Source of the DNA: Arenicella sp.
Lineage (GTDB): Bacteria > Pseudomonadota > Gammaproteobacteria > Arenicellales > Arenicellaceae
Length of the DNA stretch: 24,000 bases
Assembly (NCBI GenBank): GCA_965230315.1
Contig: CBDDKT010000002.1
Span: forward strand, 2,476,493 to 2,500,492
Reading direction: 5' to 3'
Part shown: positions 15,609-23,390 of the stretch, piece by piece
How the letters are laid out: each line of letters begins with the position of its first letter
Numbering within the stretch: position 1 is the first letter of the stretch
Notes under the pieces: generated by a model
Told to the model about the DNA's origin: nothing
Seen by the model: the letters and a program-made list of their open reading frames with translations, nothing else
Databases searched by the model: none
Program-made: the position numbers and the translations under genes

Positions 15609-15958
15609 GAGGATAATGTCAGCTTAAGAAAACGTAGTATCTCTGCATTGGAGTATTGCTTTTCAGCGAAAAGATGAGCGGTAAGCAAATCATGTCGTTT
15701 TGCGTAACTCGCAAGTGGCTCCTTAAACGGGCTCCATACCTCTGAATTATCATTGTTGGTGATTCGCACAAACCAAATGTCTAAGTCACTTATCGCGGTG
15801 ATAAGACCAAATTCGGATTCGGCATCATCCAGTTTGGTAAGCATCTCAGGCAATGGTTCAAGCATATCTAAATACTCCTCTAGGCCATAAAACTGCTCCA
15901 GTACTCGAAGCTTTATGGCGTTACTTTGTGTTGCATCAATTTGCATTAACTTATGCAC
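15605..15958 (-). CDS. Hypothetical protein (acidic, 117 aa)
   Basis: ATGA overlap with the downstream 425-aa gene. No motif recognised. Confidence 0.5.
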   Translation of the reverse strand: MHKLMQIDATQSNAIKLRVLEQFYGLEEYLDMLEPLPEMLTKLDDAESEFGLITAISDLDIWFVRITNNDNSEVWSPFKEPLASYAKRHDLLTAHLFAEKQYSNAEILRFLKLTLSS

Positions 15959-16315
15959 TTACTGATTAATTGGGAGTCTTCAGTATTTTATTTAGACACG
16001 ACAAAGACAACAGAAAGGCGTAACAGTTTTCAAACGACGCCTTTCTTGTTTGTAATAAAACAGAGGGGAAAAGAGAGATTAAAGGGAGGGAAAGTAACTA
16101 TTGATGACCCCGCCTTTCGACGAAGCCATCAACACGGAAGGTGCAACCTTCTTGGGAAACTCGAGGGGTATTAACCGTCTCGGTCATTGTGTAAATCCGA
16201 TGTTCGCTGCATTTCAATCGGTATTGCAGATATAGATTTCTTGCTACTTACCGAATCAGTATAGGAGCCCTAATTGCAGTAATTCAAGACGAATTGAATA
16301 TATTTAATGCAAATT

Positions 16316-16358
16316 AGAAAAACTAAGTTCTCTCGTCAGATTAATCTAACGAGAGAAC
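16316..16358 (-). terminator. Rho-independent terminator after radC-like gene
   Basis: 10-bp perfect stem gttctctcgt/acgagagaac (16327-16336/16349-16358). On the minus strand it is followed by ttagTTTTTTct. Confidence 0.7.
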
Positions 16359-16364
16359 AAAGGG

Positions 16365-16874
16365 CTAATTCAACGATCCGATCTCCGCAAAAGAAACGGC
16401 GTTTTCATAACCACCTGATCCAAAAATAAAGTGGTCAAGCAATTTAACTCCCACCATATTGAGTGCCAGATGAATGGCTTCGGTAAGAGCTTTATCCGCT
16501 ACAGATGGCTCACTTATACCCGAGGGGTGATTGTGAGCCACTATCAGCGCGGCCGCATTACACTTAAGCGCCTCTTTGACTATCTCTCTCACTGGAACGC
16601 TACAACAGTCGATTGTTCCTCGAAAAAGTTCATCAACTTTTATGATTCGGTGTTTTGAATCTAAAAACATCGCTACGAACACTTCGTGTTCTCGATGCAT
16701 CATTAAATACAATTGCTCGCGCGCGACAGTAGGACTGCTGATGGCCGTCTTATTATCGCGCTGGTATAACGATGCAACAATGTCATGAGCGGATTGTACA
16801 ACCTCATCTGGGTCGGCAATCGCATAGCGGCCATTGGTTTGCTTCACATATAAAAAATGATCTTGGCGTTTCAT
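16365..16874 (-). CDS. radC: RadC-like JAB/MPN domain protein
   Basis: Start set at MKRQDH (ATG 16874, GGAG 8 nt upstream), giving 169 aa. JAMM motif VAHNHPSGISEPSVAD. The longer ORF-track version reads through the hairpins and the T8 run. Confidence 0.8.
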   Translation of the reverse strand: MKRQDHFLYVKQTNGRYAIADPDEVVQSAHDIVASLYQRDNKTAISSPTVAREQLYLMMHREHEVFVAMFLDSKHRIIKVDELFRGTIDCCSVPVREIVKEALKCNAAALIVAHNHPSGISEPSVADKALTEAIHLALNMVGVKLLDHFIFGSGGYENAVSFAEIGSLN

Positions 16875-16886
16875 AATTGATGCTCC

Positions 16887-16938
16887 AAAAAAAACGGGGA
16901 CACCAATCCCCACGCGGGGATAAGTATCCCCGCGTGGG
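16887..16938 (-). promoter_or_regulatory. Tandem GGGGA-N6-TCCCC palindromes / alternative 12-bp hairpin followed by T8, directly upstream of the radC-like RBS
   Basis: GGGGA(16896)-caccaa-TCCCC and GGGGA(16916)-taagta-TCCCC, centres 20 bp apart. Alternative fold 16909-16920/16927-16938. A8 on plus (16887-16894) reads as T8 on the transcribed strand. Confidence 0.5.
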
Positions 16939-16975
16939 TTGAATAAAGCGCCGTTATGATAGGCGCACGAATACC

Positions 16976-17010
16976 TATCGAGCAGGCACACGAAACGTGC
17001 CTGCTCGATA
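16976..17010. repeat. Hairpin, 14-bp perfect stem (tatcgagcaggcac/gtgcctgctcgata), 7-nt loop
   Basis: Read directly from the sequence; lies in the radC-like leader. Confidence 0.75.
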
Positions 17011-17183
17011 AATTCTTTGTGTAAATCTCTGATTAAGAGTGGAGACAACGACTAGAAAGTGTCGTTGTTGGAAATCTGGTTTGCAGCTAGTTTCAACCAG
17101 CAGTTAGCTTAATACACATTACCCTAGCATAAACTTAAACCGGATAATCAACATTTGTCCATATTGGTAATTTATTTTTTGAT

Positions 17184-17218
17184 GTTTAATAAGGGCAAGA
17201 AAGTTGCCCTTATTAAAC
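17184..17218. repeat. Hairpin, 15-bp perfect stem (gtttaataagggcaa/ttgcccttattaaac), loop gaaag
   Basis: Read directly from the sequence; 19 nt downstream of the 269-aa gene stop. The T-run is on the wrong side for a minus-strand terminator. Confidence 0.75.
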
Positions 17219-17236
17219 AATGCCGTAGCGTAATAA

Positions 17237-18046
17237 TTAGATTTTCTGCATTCGATCTACAGCTTCATCTGTGAATTTGAACGCCATTTCAGCATCTGGA
17301 TCGAGGAGATTTTTAAGTGTTGGTTTTGAAATGGCAGCGTAGGTATTCCTACTCAAAGACTCTAGAGATAACTGCAAATGATAGGCTTCCATATTTTCGA
17401 AAATCTCCTCGTCGTTAAAGCTAAATTTATTTGGATGATTAGGATCATCTATCAGGATTGCGGCAGCTTTTAAAACAAATACAACTTCCATGATAATTTT
17501 CATCATAAAGACAAAATCTTCGTCATCATCGTCCACGACGATTGTCGGGTTCTCAAGCCATTTTCCGAGCGCCTCAATCATGGGTTGCAGCAAATAATCA
17601 GGTAAATGCTGTGGTAAATATGACTCTGGCCCCATACTTTCTAATCTAGGCATCAATTCCTTGATCGCTGTGTCTACCGATATTTTTTTAGTTTGAAGCT
17701 TGGATTCTTTTTTAATCAGAGATTCCATAACTTCATGCTGTTGGACAAGGAAGCGTCGGTAGTTATCTGAAGTATCAGCCAAATTATGTGACTCTCGATA
17801 CGCGTCAAAATGTGATTGATAGTTTGATTTGTTGTAGAAGCGCTCACCGAAAAACTGGTCTCTAGATTCGCAAACTGGCTCGTAAATTACTTGCTTCCAA
17901 CCAGGGTATCCAATCTCAGCTGCAACTAACTTTCTTGCTTGTGTACGGCTTATACTATTATTTTTTACAAGCTTACTTACACGTCGATTTAATGATGTGT
18001 GTGAATAACCATTAGACGTAAAACGCGAATAATTTTTTTTGGGCAT
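17237..18046 (-). CDS. Hypothetical protein, 269 aa, acidic patch VVDDDDEDF
   Basis: Long ORF on the same strand as its neighbours. No catalytic motif recognised. Confidence 0.55.
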   Translation of the reverse strand: MPKKNYSRFTSNGYSHTSLNRRVSKLVKNNSISRTQARKLVAAEIGYPGWKQVIYEPVCESRDQFFGERFYNKSNYQSHFDAYRESHNLADTSDNYRRFLVQQHEVMESLIKKESKLQTKKISVDTAIKELMPRLESMGPESYLPQHLPDYLLQPMIEALGKWLENPTIVVDDDDEDFVFMMKIIMEVVFVLKAAAILIDDPNHPNKFSFNDEEIFENMEAYHLQLSLESLSRNTYAAISKPTLKNLLDPDAEMAFKFTDEAVDRMQKI

Positions 18047-18266
18047 GACTAATTCCTAAAATACGGAGTTTCTGACCCCACTCAGTAACCATATTGAAAT
18101 TAGTTGTTTTAGATAATAACCATACAATCAATGACCGGTTATTTAGCGTAGTTCGCACGCAAACTATTTTATGCCTGGAGTTTAGGCATGTGGGATAAAA
18201 GGCCTCGCTGCAACCCATAAATAATATACAACACAAATGTAATAGCGTAAATACAGCCGGATAGTT

Positions 18267-18839
18267 TTAACCTTCGGCAGCTTCACTAAAGCAAGCGATT
18301 AGAGATTCAGCTTGCTCTAAATGTATCGACGCATCTTCTATAAAGGACAATACTAATAGATTTTTAAGCCATTCAAACATAGCAACCATTTCCAAAATAT
18401 CAGAATTTTTAATCTCTAAATCTTTGAGACTACTGGGATGTACAACTCTGTTTCTAATAGTGATACATCGTTTAAAACGCTGCCAATCTTGGTTACTTCC
18501 TTTAATGTTTCTTGCAACGCCCATTACAGCACCTGAGGCGTCAAATGAAAAAGATAGGTTTCGTGCAAAGCCGTTTCGGACAAAAATTTCTTTTTCTTTA
18601 CCGTCTTTTTGCACTCTTCTTTTATCTTGTACGGCTAGATAAAAATCATGTCCAATTGATTCAGGTGATTCCGATAGAAAAATATTAGTTTTCAAGGCGG
18701 ATGAAACACCGTCAACAAATTGAAATACAGATCGACAAAAAGCCCTTCTCATTTCCTGACAATCTTCTAAATGCAGCTGTTCACCAAAGAACATTACCTC
18801 ATCCACTAAGGCTTCGATAAAACTTGTATTACTGTCCAT
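18267..18839 (-). CDS. HEPN-like protein (Rx4H motif)
   Basis: 190 aa, predicted helical. ITIRNRVVHPSS contains R129-x4-H134, the HEPN RNase signature spacing. Starts 30 nt after the SMC-like ATPase gene on the same strand. Confidence 0.55.
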   Translation of the reverse strand: MDSNTSFIEALVDEVMFFGEQLHLEDCQEMRRAFCRSVFQFVDGVSSALKTNIFLSESPESIGHDFYLAVQDKRRVQKDGKEKEIFVRNGFARNLSFSFDASGAVMGVARNIKGSNQDWQRFKRCITIRNRVVHPSSLKDLEIKNSDILEMVAMFEWLKNLLVLSFIEDASIHLEQAESLIACFSEAAEG

Positions 18840-18869
18840 ACCTAGTCAGCGACTGAAAATTTAAGAAGG

Positions 18870-20789
18870 CTAAACAACATGGACATTTTTAAGCTTTATT
18901 TCCGAAGCATTTTCAATACCGTCAAATGATGCGCCAGTCATAATAACTTGACCCCCATCATTGAACTCGCTGAGTAAATCAATAAACGGTTGAACTATAA
19001 AATTGAGACCATCACCGAGAGCCTCCCCGATAAACTCGGCGGGGGTATCAATAATGATGAGTCCGGGGAAGTTTGATGCATCATGTCGAATAAGTGATAG
19101 CAAGCCATATTGATATGCCATAAGCACGAAAAGAGTATCCGTTCCACCCAAAAGACGTTTCCACCGCTTATCACCAATTCTTAGGGTAAAGGTTGACTTT
19201 GACAGGTACACACCCAACGGACTATGCTTCCAGCTATCCGGTCGGATAGCATTAATTGCATTAAGGTATTCGTTCATACCCTCTTCTAACCAAGCAGCAC
19301 GCTCCTCAAAGTCGGCTGAACCTTGAGACTCTTTTACCGCCTCGGCCAATGGTTTTATTTTATCCTCAAGATCAGTGATCTTAGTGGCAATAGCAACATC
19401 GAGACCCACTGCGCTTTCTACCCTCTCCAATTGAATATTACGCTCATTCAATTGTCCAATCTCTAGGTCGATTTGACTAATATTTTCCTGTACGAGCGCG
19501 CCAACCGCTGCGCGTGCTGGCTTAAGCTGTAATTCAATCCGCTTAAGATCTTCACCCAAATCTCTAGCTTCTGATAACACTTGGTCATGCTCGCTGATTG
19601 CAACAGATAGAAGCTCCTCAGCTTCTTTAACCTCTGCGCTTAAACGATCAGACTCAAATTTGATTCGTTCTTTCCCAATCTCTGCCGTCAACACAGGCTG
19701 AACAACCTCTTGATGACAAAGCCCACATTGCCCTAAGTGAACAGCCGCATTACTTACATTCTGGTCGCATGAAGGGCAATGTGTGATCTTTAGGTCGGAC
19801 AAGACTTCACTGGCATCACTGGCTCTACCAATTCTATCAATCTCATCCACCAGCGTATTCCGCAACTGCCTTAAAGCTGCGATCCGTTCCTCCATGCCAT
19901 GCAAGTTCTCTTGCCTTTGCTCCATACGTAGAACCAGTTCCGATCGCTGCTTCGCCAGCGTTTCAATACGGCTTTTATCACTCTTATCGATTTCAGAACT
20001 GGTGGCTTGATTAACGATGCTTTCCTTACTTGCTTCAAGTTCTGAGATTTTGTTGATGTTAGCCGCCTTCGCTTTTGCAATGGACACAGACGTGACACTC
20101 ACCGACAAATTATCGTCATCAACGAGATCTCTCGCTAAATCATTGAGAGTGTCACTGTATTGATCTTTACGTGCCTCAAGCTTCTCTACTTGGCGTCTCA
20201 GGTCGATTAACTCACCATAATCGTCTGTGTATATTTGATCCGCTAGACCTAAAAAGTTCTGAATACAAGCCAGCAATTCCGCTTCGGGTTGCTTATCTAC
20301 CAGATCAGACCAAAATGTCTGACGCCGGTAAAGGTGTCTATACATTGAGCGGAAACTCAATTCTGGCCAAGTCTGGCCCGACATCGGATTACCTTTGGGG
20401 AAATTTAATAAAGGAATATCTAATTTTTCCAGCATCCAATGTTGAAACTCTTTTGTCGATTTCGGCTCATTATCGATAAAGACTTTTGATTTTGCGCCAG
20501 GCTCTCGCCATCGCCGACCTATCATGTAGGTAATGTCTTCATCTTCATCGAATGATATGCACGCACTCATTGATACATATTTATCAGCTAAAAAGTCTTC
20601 TGTTTCGCTTGCGAAAGGCTGCTCGCCTGAATCTCCTAAAACATAGTCCAAAGTTTGCATCCACTTTGTTTTACCGGTGTTTGGTACGCCAATAATAAGA
20701 TTCACACCATCATGCAAAACTAAACGTTCTGTGCTTCCATCAGACAATGCTCGCTCAACGTACTTTATCGAAAGTAGTGGTTTTCTCAT
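18870..20789 (-). CDS. lmuB: SMC/Rad50-like ABC ATPase (DUF3732-type), Lamassu LmuB / ABC-3C ATPase
   Basis: 639 aa. Walker A GVPNTGKT followed by LDYVLG, long heptad-rich middle, CPSC(338-341)...CGLC(355-358) at the midpoint (hook-like), LGGTD signature-like, Walker B GLIIIDTP. ATGA overlap with the upstream gene. Confidence 0.75.
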   Translation of the reverse strand: MRKPLLSIKYVERALSDGSTERLVLHDGVNLIIGVPNTGKTKWMQTLDYVLGDSGEQPFASETEDFLADKYVSMSACISFDEDEDITYMIGRRWREPGAKSKVFIDNEPKSTKEFQHWMLEKLDIPLLNFPKGNPMSGQTWPELSFRSMYRHLYRRQTFWSDLVDKQPEAELLACIQNFLGLADQIYTDDYGELIDLRRQVEKLEARKDQYSDTLNDLARDLVDDDNLSVSVTSVSIAKAKAANINKISELEASKESIVNQATSSEIDKSDKSRIETLAKQRSELVLRMEQRQENLHGMEERIAALRQLRNTLVDEIDRIGRASDASEVLSDLKITHCPSCDQNVSNAAVHLGQCGLCHQEVVQPVLTAEIGKERIKFESDRLSAEVKEAEELLSVAISEHDQVLSEARDLGEDLKRIELQLKPARAAVGALVQENISQIDLEIGQLNERNIQLERVESAVGLDVAIATKITDLEDKIKPLAEAVKESQGSADFEERAAWLEEGMNEYLNAINAIRPDSWKHSPLGVYLSKSTFTLRIGDKRWKRLLGGTDTLFVLMAYQYGLLSLIRHDASNFPGLIIIDTPAEFIGEALGDGLNFIVQPFIDLLSEFNDGGQVIMTGASFDGIENASEIKLKNVHVV

Positions 20790-21358
20790 GTCGTTATCCG
20801 TTCTCCCATTGGCCGCTCACCGACTTCTTTATCAAAGATCTCATAGATCATTTTTTTTAGTGTATTTCCCGATTTGCCGCCAAAAGTAGATTTGACTTGT
20901 TTCATATGTAGTACGAGGTTTTTAAAAGATTCAAGTTCAGAGAGCGTTTTTGCACGCTCTCTGCCCAGTTCACTAAGTTCTATCCTATAACCTCGACCTT
21001 GCTTCTGGATGGCAATCAGCCCCTTCGACTCCATATGTGCAAGCGCGTGATAATAACGTTTATCCCAAGGCCCATAGTGATGCCGGACCATAGCCGACTC
21101 AACCGTTTGATGACTATCATTGCTGAGCGATGGACGTTCCTGTTGTTCCGGATCTACAAATGAGCGAGCCGTTTCAAAAAAATCAGGATATCGGCTGAAA
21201 AAATCTAGTTTGGCGAACTTCGTTAGTCCATTGATCTTGCCCGAGACACCACAAATATGAAGTAAGCATAAGAGCCTCGCCAGATGAAATTCAACAATCT
21301 CATCAGCATCAAGTGGCAAACTTGCTGGGTAAGCACCGATTGAATATATGGATTGCAT
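20786..21358 (-). CDS. lmuC: Lamassu LmuC / ABC-3C middle component (winged-helix-like)
   Basis: 190 aa. FAKLDFF...YGPWDKRYY...MESKGLIAIQKQGRGYRIELSELG suggests a DUF4065/wHTH-like fold. Translationally coupled on both sides (TAATG and ATGA). Confidence 0.55.
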   Translation of the reverse strand: MQSIYSIGAYPASLPLDADEIVEFHLARLLCLLHICGVSGKINGLTKFAKLDFFSRYPDFFETARSFVDPEQQERPSLSNDSHQTVESAMVRHHYGPWDKRYYHALAHMESKGLIAIQKQGRGYRIELSELGRERAKTLSELESFKNLVLHMKQVKSTFGGKSGNTLKKMIYEIFDKEVGERPMGERITT

Positions 21359-22524
21359 TACTCTTGCCTCTCAAAGGTAAATAAACAGCGATCGGTGATG
21401 TCATACAGACATCCGCTTAAGTATGAGGCGATATCGCCATTAGCGCTTTCTTCATCTGTGTTTATTCGCTCCAGGCGCTTTAGACATTCGGCATGAAACT
21501 CTTTAGTACTCATATCCAAGAGACCAGCGGCATATTCAGTTTGGAGTTTCATAGCTTCAAGACGCACCCGTCTATTCAGACGGCTCTGAATACCCTCATC
21601 CATATATCTCGGGGTTCTGGTTTCGCTGATATAGTCGCGTCGCAAAGACATGGCAAGATTAATCGTCGGTTCATTAAATCGTGCTGTTTCCATTTTCTTA
21701 CGCAACTTACCACCCGAAACAATGCCTCTGTTTTGCATTTCTTCTAACAACGAGTCTTCCCACCATTTCATCGCAAACGCGCGCTCGAGTATCTTTTTTT
21801 CCCGATCTGGCACCCACTTAGCATCTCCCGCTCTTTTTACAATGTTAAGTAAATTATTTAAAACTTTTTCGGCATGTTCGTACAGGAGTGGTGCCTCGTC
21901 TTGCTGTGATTTTTGTATGATTCTAATCAACAATGCTTGCTTTACAGCATCTTGAGTCTCGGCAACCTCCCACCGTGTATTAGCTAACCAATAGTCAATA
22001 CCATTCCCTTTCTCACTTTTAATATCTGGAAACCTTCCGTTAAGATCATCGAATAGAGATATGATGTTTTGACTTTCAGGAGCTCGGTCAACGTGGCCAA
22101 TAGGATAAGTTAATGGCTTTAAACTCGTTACAACCTCTCTAAGGGTAACAATTCGAAATAAAGCAACTTCAGAAACCTTGTCGCGTGACAGTGATTTTTC
22201 AAATATAGATGTACCAGCGCGCTTATTTTTCTGCTGACTAATATCGGCAACCGACCATAGTTTGTCGGGTTCAGAGGCTTTAACTTGAACGAACTCAGCA
22301 AAACGGGTGCCATTGCTACCTTGCCGCACTACAAGAATGTCATCGTGGGTTTCACAATGAACTTTGATAATCAGAGGGTCACAAATCATATCGAAGACTA
22401 ATTTCGCAGCAATATAATCTTGATAAGTGAAACCTCGTCGGGCTATAGGGCCACCCTGTTCATCCGGTGGAAGGTCATCTACCGAAGGGAAAACCTTCTT
22501 TTCTTCACTTCCTTCTTGTGTCAC
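21358..22524 (-). CDS. lmuA: Cap4-like (DUF4297) PD-(D/E)xK nuclease effector, Lamassu LmuA-type
   Basis: 388 aa. GTG start with AAGGGGGA 6 nt upstream. GFTYQD...CETHDDILV...FVQVK is the DUF4297/Cap4 nuclease-domain pattern. The C-terminal helical half is unassigned. Confidence 0.7.
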   Translation of the reverse strand: MTQEGSEEKKVFPSVDDLPPDEQGGPIARRGFTYQDYIAAKLVFDMICDPLIIKVHCETHDDILVVRQGSNGTRFAEFVQVKASEPDKLWSVADISQQKNKRAGTSIFEKSLSRDKVSEVALFRIVTLREVVTSLKPLTYPIGHVDRAPESQNIISLFDDLNGRFPDIKSEKGNGIDYWLANTRWEVAETQDAVKQALLIRIIQKSQQDEAPLLYEHAEKVLNNLLNIVKRAGDAKWVPDREKKILERAFAMKWWEDSLLEEMQNRGIVSGGKLRKKMETARFNEPTINLAMSLRRDYISETRTPRYMDEGIQSRLNRRVRLEAMKLQTEYAAGLLDMSTKEFHAECLKRLERINTDEESANGDIASYLSGCLYDITDRCLFTFERQE

Positions 22525-22671
22525 TTAGAGTCCCCCTTAGAACTAACAGACAGAATGTAATGAGTATCCAAAATACGCTGAGTTACGCGAAACAATCTCG
22601 CAGACCGTCGAAAATTCGCATACACATTCATTAATATAACCAAGTAAATTTTCCCATTTTTATCTAATCTA

Positions 22672-23097
22672 CTATTCGCTTCGATTAACAATACTAAGGC
22701 GTCTGTTTTGTGCGTTTTGTTTAAATTGCTTGATAACGTCTTTGACTAGCCCTGATGGCAGATAACCATAATAGGTTTGGTTATCTTGGGTTTTTCTGAC
22801 ATCGGGGCCGACCCAGATAAAACGGTTTACTTCACTGGTGATTAGCCAGGAGGTTTGGTGGTCGAGTTTGAGTCGGCGCTTAGTGGCTTGTGGTAATTCG
22901 ATTGCTTGGGTTTTGTCTCTGGGTTCGGTGTGAGTGACTGGCACAATGTAGACCTCCTTTTCTTGGTATTCGTTATCTCGTACATGGACGATTAGGCAGG
23001 GTCTGGCTTTACGGCCTTCTTCTCGGCCCTGTCTGGCTTCGTCGCGCCAGAGGTACATATGCCGTATGAGTATGCCGATCTGCGGCGTAAAGTCCAT
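22672..23097 (-). CDS. MazF/PemK-like type II toxin (divergent)
   Basis: 141 aa. G.LIRH.Y........EGRKARPCLIV resembles the G.I....F......K.RP.LVV N-terminal strand pattern of PemK/MazF. Starts 7 nt after the antitoxin gene. Confidence 0.55.
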   Translation of the reverse strand: MDFTPQIGILIRHMYLWRDEARQGREEGRKARPCLIVHVRDNEYQEKEVYIVPVTHTEPRDKTQAIELPQATKRRLKLDHQTSWLITSEVNRFIWVGPDVRKTQDNQTYYGYLPSGLVKDVIKQFKQNAQNRRLSIVNRSE

Positions 23098-23104
23098 TTA
23101 GTGT

Positions 23105-23365
23105 TTAACCTTGTGTGTATTCCTTATCGAACTCTTTAGCTTCTTTGGGTAGGGGTAGGCTGCCCATTTCATCGAGGATGTTAGGATCAAGCTCATCAGC
23201 GTAAAACGCTTGTTGATCTAATTGACGTAAGCGGTTGTATTCTTCGGCAGAAATAAGCGCCAGATCATCACGCCCATGATTGGTGATGATCACGGGGCGT
23301 TTATGCGCTTCCATCCGGTATTGGCCGAAGCCTTTTTGAAACTCGGCTGAGGTTATTTTAGTCAT
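23105..23365 (-). CDS. Phd/YefM-family type II antitoxin
   Basis: 86 aa. MTKITSAEFQKGFGQY......PVIITNHGRDDLALISAEEYNRL is the classical Phd/YefM N-terminal domain pattern. Confidence 0.8.
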   Translation of the reverse strand: MTKITSAEFQKGFGQYRMEAHKRPVIITNHGRDDLALISAEEYNRLRQLDQQAFYADELDPNILDEMGSLPLPKEAKEFDKEYTQG

Positions 23366-23390
23366 GCGTAAAGGTCTGTCTTAATCAATT

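Noticed and set aside
15953-16174. 73-aa plus-strand ORF in the intergenic gap
   Set aside because: It runs through the hairpin and the polypurine tract (giving KERLKGGK-type low complexity). No RBS, and it would be the only plus-strand gene inside a minus-strand block.
16875-17048. 58-codon N-terminal extension of the RadC-like ORF
   Set aside because: The extension reads through several strong hairpins and a T8 run. A GGAG sits 8 nt before the internal ATG at 16874, and RadC-like JAB proteins of mobile elements are about 160-170 aa.
17184-17218. 15-bp hairpin as the terminator of the 269-aa gene
   Set aside because: On the transcribed (minus) strand the stem is followed by an A-run, not a T-run; the T6 run lies upstream on plus. 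I kept it as an unexplained inverted repeat within the structured leader.
18012-18236. 74-aa minus-strand ORF upstream of and overlapping the 269-aa gene
   Set aside because: Cys-rich improbable sequence that overlaps the supported start. It lies in what should be the promoter region.
217-21955. Plus-strand ORFs of 60-113 aa in the track (217-423, 1513-1713, 1811-2029, 3022-3204, 5036-5242, 5074-5415, 5399-5590, 6007-6219, 6711-6959, 8842-9078, 9085-9297, 9407-9610, 11615-11833, 11704-11907, 11995-12249, 14099-14311, 14384-14620, 16431-16658, 16576-16788, 18424-18642, 19783-20010, 20171-20479, 20677-20889, 21493-21747, 21650-21955)
   Set aside because: All lie antisense to long minus-strand genes that have recognisable motifs. 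They have odd composition (Ser/Arg/Leu/Cys-rich) and no convincing RBS. These are typical shadow ORFs.
2883-22313. Minus-strand ORFs nested out of frame inside larger genes (2883-3098, 4461-4667, 10779-10967, 15128-15322, 18995-19177, 19871-20098, 22128-22313)
   Set aside because: Each is fully contained in a longer ORF that carries the motifs. There is no independent support.
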